Shown here: one piece after another, positions 60,788 through 64,000 of the stretch
How the letters are laid out: each line of letters opens with the position of its first letter
How positions within the stretch are numbered: position 1 is the first letter of the stretch
Assembly: GCA_038222225.1 (NCBI GenBank)
Contig: JBBRHV010000004.1
Span: forward strand, 6,778 to 70,777
Direction: 5' to 3'
DNA length: 64,000 nucleotides
Origin: Candidatus Omnitrophota bacterium
GTDB taxonomy: Bacteria > Omnitrophota > Gorgyraeia > Zapsychrales > JANLHA01
The notes under the pieces: model-generated
Databases searched by the model: none
Told to the model about the DNA's origin: nothing
What the model saw: only the letters and a program-made list of their open reading frames with translations
Made by a program: the position numbers and the translations under genes

Positions 60788-60881
60788 AGCACCACTCCTT
60801 CTCTAAGGTATGTGAAATATGCCCTCAGTGTAACACGGAAAAAGAATTTGGTCTAGTCTCGAAGCGCCCGAAAATACCAGG

Positions 60882-62045
60882 CTATTTGGAGTTGGAAATC
60901 CACTGCGCAATACGTCTGACACCTTCTTGAATACGCTCCGTTGATGTCGCAAAGCTCAATCTGGCGAACCCCGGAGCGCCGAACCCGTCACCGGGAATAA
61001 ACGCGACTTTAGCATCATCTAAGATTGCCTTCGCCACTTCCATGGAATCACCAAGCTTTGAAATATCACAGAAAAGGTAAAACGCCCCTTGCGGGTGGAT
61101 GTAGGACATCTCAGGTATGCCATCGATTAAGGACATCAAAAGATCCCGGCGACGTTTGAATTCATCGACCATCGCCTGAATCTCGGCCTCCGGCATCTTT
61201 AAAGCGGCTTCCGCCGCAGCCTGACTAATGGATGTAGGATTAGATGTGGAATGATCTTGAAACTTTTTCATGTGCTCCATGACCTCTTGCGGGCCGGCGG
61301 CATAACCGATACGCCAACCGGTCATCGAATAAGTTTTGGAAACACCATTGATCGTGATGGTCTTAGCATAGATCGCCGGACTTAATGCGGCGACTGAAGC
61401 ATACTCCGGGATGTCATAAATAAGCTTTTCATAAATCTCATCGCTGATGATCCAGATGTCCTGCTCGACACAGATCTCGGCAAGGGCACGAAGCTCTTCT
61501 TTTGAATAAACAACACCCGTTGGATTGGAAGGGGAATTTAAAATAAATATACGCGTCTTCTTGGTGATGGCCTTTCTAAGCATGCCCGGTGTCACCTTTA
61601 GACCCGTTTTTGAAGTTGTTTCAATAAACACGGGAGTCGCGCCGGCGAGCTTGACCATCTCCGGATAACTGACCCAATACGGGGCCGGAATGAGAACCTC
61701 GTCGCCGTCATCCGCCAAAACTTGAATCACCGAAAAAATAGAATGCTTTGCCCCGCAGGACACAACAATCTGAGACGGTGTATAATCTAATCCGTTATCC
61801 CGTTTGAATTTCTTAGCGATCTCTTGACGCAATGAAAGAGTTCCAACGCTTGGAGTATACTTTGTTAAACCATCGTGAATCGCTTGAATCGCCGCCTGTT
61901 TAATAACCGCCGGCGTATCAAAATCCGGCTCTCCCGCGCCGAAGTTAACAACATCATGCCCTTGAACACGAAGTTCCTTCGCACGCGCTGTGATAGCTAA
62001 CGTCGATGATGCCACAAGACCAGCAATTCGTCGATTTACCTTCAA
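60882..62045 (-). CDS. class I/II aminotransferase (aspartate aminotransferase-like)
   Basis: PLP-lysine region GVSKTYSMTGWRIGY; fold type I. Confidence 0.85.
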   Translation of the reverse strand: MKVNRRIAGLVASSTLAITARAKELRVQGHDVVNFGAGEPDFDTPAVIKQAAIQAIHDGLTKYTPSVGTLSLRQEIAKKFKRDNGLDYTPSQIVVSCGAKHSIFSVIQVLADDGDEVLIPAPYWVSYPEMVKLAGATPVFIETTSKTGLKVTPGMLRKAITKKTRIFILNSPSNPTGVVYSKEELRALAEICVEQDIWIISDEIYEKLIYDIPEYASVAALSPAIYAKTITINGVSKTYSMTGWRIGYAAGPQEVMEHMKKFQDHSTSNPTSISQAAAEAALKMPEAEIQAMVDEFKRRRDLLMSLIDGIPEMSYIHPQGAFYLFCDISKLGDSMEVAKAILDDAKVAFIPGDGFGAPGFARLSFATSTERIQEGVRRIAQWISNSK

Positions 62046-62071
62046 AGGTCCCCTCCAACAGATGGAAACTT

Positions 62072-62623
62072 TTATTGATCAGCTTTTTTCTTCCCGAAAA
62101 TACTCTTGATCCCCTTCTTAACAGGCTTCTTTTCCTTCTGCGGGGATTCTGCGGTCTTTGTCCCTGAATCAGCGACTTCCGAAACCTCTTCAGCTTTTGC
62201 AGCGTCGGCTTTTCTTGCTTTTTTCTGCGCCGCTTTTTTGGCTTTTGTCTCTTCCTGCAATGAATCGCGTTCGGTCAATTCCAAAAGCACCATCTTGGCA
62301 TTGTCGCCCCGACGTGTTGTGGCAAATTTTATAATCCGAGTATAGCCTCCGCTTCTGGATCCGAATCGTGGAGCGATTTTATCAAACAGATCGCTGACCA
62401 GCGCGTGATCGCACAAAATAGCAAATGCACGCCGTTTTTGCGCTAACGTCCCCTTCTTCCCCAATGTGATCAGCTGATCCACCATTTTGCGGGCCTCTTT
62501 GGCCTTGGCTTCGGTGGTCTTGATCCGTTTTTGAATCAGGGTTGCCTTGGCAATATCCCGAACAGTAGCTTTACGCAAGCTTGAATTCCGACTTAAACGA
62601 TTTCCTGCAATTCCATGTCTCAT
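62072..62623 (-). CDS. rplQ: 50S ribosomal protein L17 with ~60-aa Lys/Ala/Glu-rich C-terminal extension
   Basis: MRHGIAGNRLSRNSSLRKA... core of about 120 aa, followed by ...KAKKAAQKKARKADAAKAEE...KKPVKKGIKSIFGKKKADQ. Confidence 0.9.
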   Translation of the reverse strand: MRHGIAGNRLSRNSSLRKATVRDIAKATLIQKRIKTTEAKAKEARKMVDQLITLGKKGTLAQKRRAFAILCDHALVSDLFDKIAPRFGSRSGGYTRIIKFATTRRGDNAKMVLLELTERDSLQEETKAKKAAQKKARKADAAKAEEVSEVADSGTKTAESPQKEKKPVKKGIKSIFGKKKADQ

Positions 62624-62654
62624 GACGATAACCTTTAACTTAAGTGGATAATTT

Positions 62655-63644
62655 CTATTTCCGCTTTAATTTTTTCTGGTCAATTTTCATTCCCAGAGTT
62701 AAACCCATCACTTTCAAAAGATCGTTGATTTCGGTCAATGATTTCTTGCCGAAATTCCGGAAATTTAAAAGTTCGCTTTCTTGATATTTTACAAGTTCTG
62801 CGATGGTCTGAATATTGGCTTCTTTTAAACAATTCGCGCTTCTCACAGACAGCTCGAGCTCGGAAATCGGCAAACGCAGTTTTTCATACATCGTCTCTTC
62901 TTCTGCCGAGATCTCTTCCTCTTCCTCTTCTTCTTCAGGAAGCTGTCCATAAGAAACAAACACATCTAAATGTCGCTGCAAAATATTGGCTCCATAAAGC
63001 AATGCTTCTTTAGGCTCAATGGCTCCATTGGTCCAGATCTCTAAAACCAATCTGTCGTAATCTGTGCGCTGTCCGACACGGGTGTCTTCAACAAAAAAAT
63101 TGACTTTTACAATCGGCGTAAAAATCGAATCAATCGCGATTGTCCCGATTGGGGCCTCAGGCAGCTTATTCTGGTCCGCCGGCACATAACCGCGTCCACG
63201 GGACACTTCCATCTCAACATGAAACGAAACATCCTGAGTGAGCGTGGCGATGTGATGATCCGGGTTAATAATTTCAATTGTCTCATCACAAATAATGTCT
63301 TTCGCCTTCACTTCGCCCTTTGTGTCTGCCTTAATATAAACCGTCTTGGGAACTTTCGAATGTGAACGCAAGACCACACCTTTGATATTTAAAATGATAT
63401 CCGTAAGGGCTTCCAAAACTCCGGGCATGGTCGAAAACTCATGCTGAATACCGTCGATCTTAATTGATGTAACCGAAGCGCCCTCAATAGAGGATAACAG
63501 AATGCGCCTGACTGAATTACCGAGAGTTACACCATAGCCCCGTTCAAATGGTTCTGCGATAAATTTTCCGTAATAACTTGTATAACTTGACTCATCGCAA
63601 TCCAGCCTTTTGGGCATTTGGAAATCGCGCCATTTGACTCCCAT
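62655..63644 (-). CDS. rpoA: DNA-directed RNA polymerase subunit alpha
   Basis: N-terminal dimerisation domain, poly-Glu linker (EEEEEEEE), and C-terminal domain (LSVRSANCLKEANIQTIAEL). Confidence 0.95.
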   Translation of the reverse strand: MGVKWRDFQMPKRLDCDESSYTSYYGKFIAEPFERGYGVTLGNSVRRILLSSIEGASVTSIKIDGIQHEFSTMPGVLEALTDIILNIKGVVLRSHSKVPKTVYIKADTKGEVKAKDIICDETIEIINPDHHIATLTQDVSFHVEMEVSRGRGYVPADQNKLPEAPIGTIAIDSIFTPIVKVNFFVEDTRVGQRTDYDRLVLEIWTNGAIEPKEALLYGANILQRHLDVFVSYGQLPEEEEEEEEISAEEETMYEKLRLPISELELSVRSANCLKEANIQTIAELVKYQESELLNFRNFGKKSLTEINDLLKVMGLTLGMKIDQKKLKRK

Positions 63645-63679
63645 AAGTTCCTCCTAATTGAATTAGTGTAAAAATACTC

Positions 63680-64000
63680 TTATTTCGAATAAAGCTCTAT
63701 GATCAGCTGCTCATTAATCGGAAACGCAATATCTTCCCGCTCTGGAAAGCGCAACACTTTCCCTTTTAAATGCTGAGGGTCTACGCTGACCCATGCCGGA
63801 ACAGCCTCCCGACCCTGAAACTGCGTGTTCATTTCGATGTTTGTTTGGATATATTTCTTAATATTCTCTTTTGGCTTTACAGAAACCTCATCGCCGACTT
63901 TAACCAGAAAGGATGGAATATCCACCCGTTTATCGTTCACGCAGACCAGACCATGATTCACGATCTGACGGGCCTGAGGACGTGTTGTCGCAAATCCCAA
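63680..64000 (-). CDS. rpsD: 30S ribosomal protein S4, 3' portion (gene starts beyond window end)
   Basis: ...GFATTRPQARQIVNHGLVCVNDKRVDIPSFLVKVGDEV... S4 domain. Confidence 0.9.
   Translation of the reverse strand: MGFATTRPQARQIVNHGLVCVNDKRVDIPSFLVKVGDEVSVKPKENIKKYIQTNIEMNTQFQGREAVPAWVSVDPQHLKGKVLRFPEREDIAFPINEQLIIELYSK

Noticed and set aside
62916-62936. ttcctcttcctcttcttcttc run considered as a tandem repeat
   Set aside because: It encodes the poly-Glu linker (EEEEEEEE) between the N- and C-terminal domains of RpoA. It is in-frame and coding, so not an independent repeat element.

Overview
This looks like a bacterial chromosomal segment (GC roughly 48-50%) containing about 75 genes, almost all on the minus strand with short gaps or overlaps, so it reads as long polycistronic units. 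I found no rRNA, CRISPR array, transposase, integrase or obvious prophage genes.

Minus-strand gene content, from the left edge:
- Replication and purine synthesis: dnaE (5' part only), guaA, and a CBS-less IMPDH-family gene.
- Chaperones: groES and groEL, preceded by a perfect CIRCE operator and a sigma-70-like promoter.
- Housekeeping: coaX, uvrB, an RluA-family pseudouridine synthase, aroB, aroQ, thiE, gmhA, pfkA, accB and accC, efp, lipB, pilT, and the ribosomal block rpsD (3' part), rpoA, rplQ.
- A c-di-GMP cluster: two PilZ genes flanking a TRASH/YHS zinc-ribbon mini-gene, plus a GAF/HD-GYP phosphodiesterase.
- Divergent from the PilZ cluster, on the plus strand: an ExeA/GspA-like AAA ATPase and a GspB-like membrane partner.
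- Envelope and cell-wall genes: SPOR, SH3b, M50 and M23 proteins.
- A string of nucleotide hydrolases (Dgt, HIT, YfcE-like phosphoesterase) ending in an orphan P-loop ATPase with a winged helix, next to tRNA-Gly(CCC).
- Stress and membrane pairs: AmaP/Asp23; a GIDE-domain protein (with an EF-hand loop) plus LemA on the plus strand; an ArsR–MMPL/RND–LolA-like–DUF1302 export module.
- Lipid A / glycolipid genes: an ArnT-like GT-C glycosyltransferase, an ArnC-like GT2, an LpxL-like acyltransferase and a GT28 enzyme.

The most unusual block is at 42.8-52.4 kb. A dCache sensor histidine kinase heads an operon encoding a trimeric NAD(P)-linked [FeFe] hydrogenase (HydC-HydB-HydA) plus the maturases HydF and HydG. 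The NuoE-like HydC subunit carries an N-terminal phospho-receiver (REC) domain, and a paralogous stand-alone REC gene sits between hydA and hydF. This suggests phosphorelay control acting directly on a hydrogenase subunit.

Other points:
- Lysine/alanine-rich low-complexity extensions on GuaA (N-terminus), L17 (C-terminus) and a small basic protein.
- A stand-alone lipoyl-domain gene next to lipB.
- A squalene/phytoene-synthase-like gene overlapping a SAM methyltransferase.
- A Trm112/YcaR mini-gene missed by the ORF track.
- An ORF in the track that runs across the tRNA gene.
- Many ORF-track N-termini begin at upstream GTG/TTG codons. Where an in-frame ATG with a Shine-Dalgarno (SD) sequence exists I used that instead.
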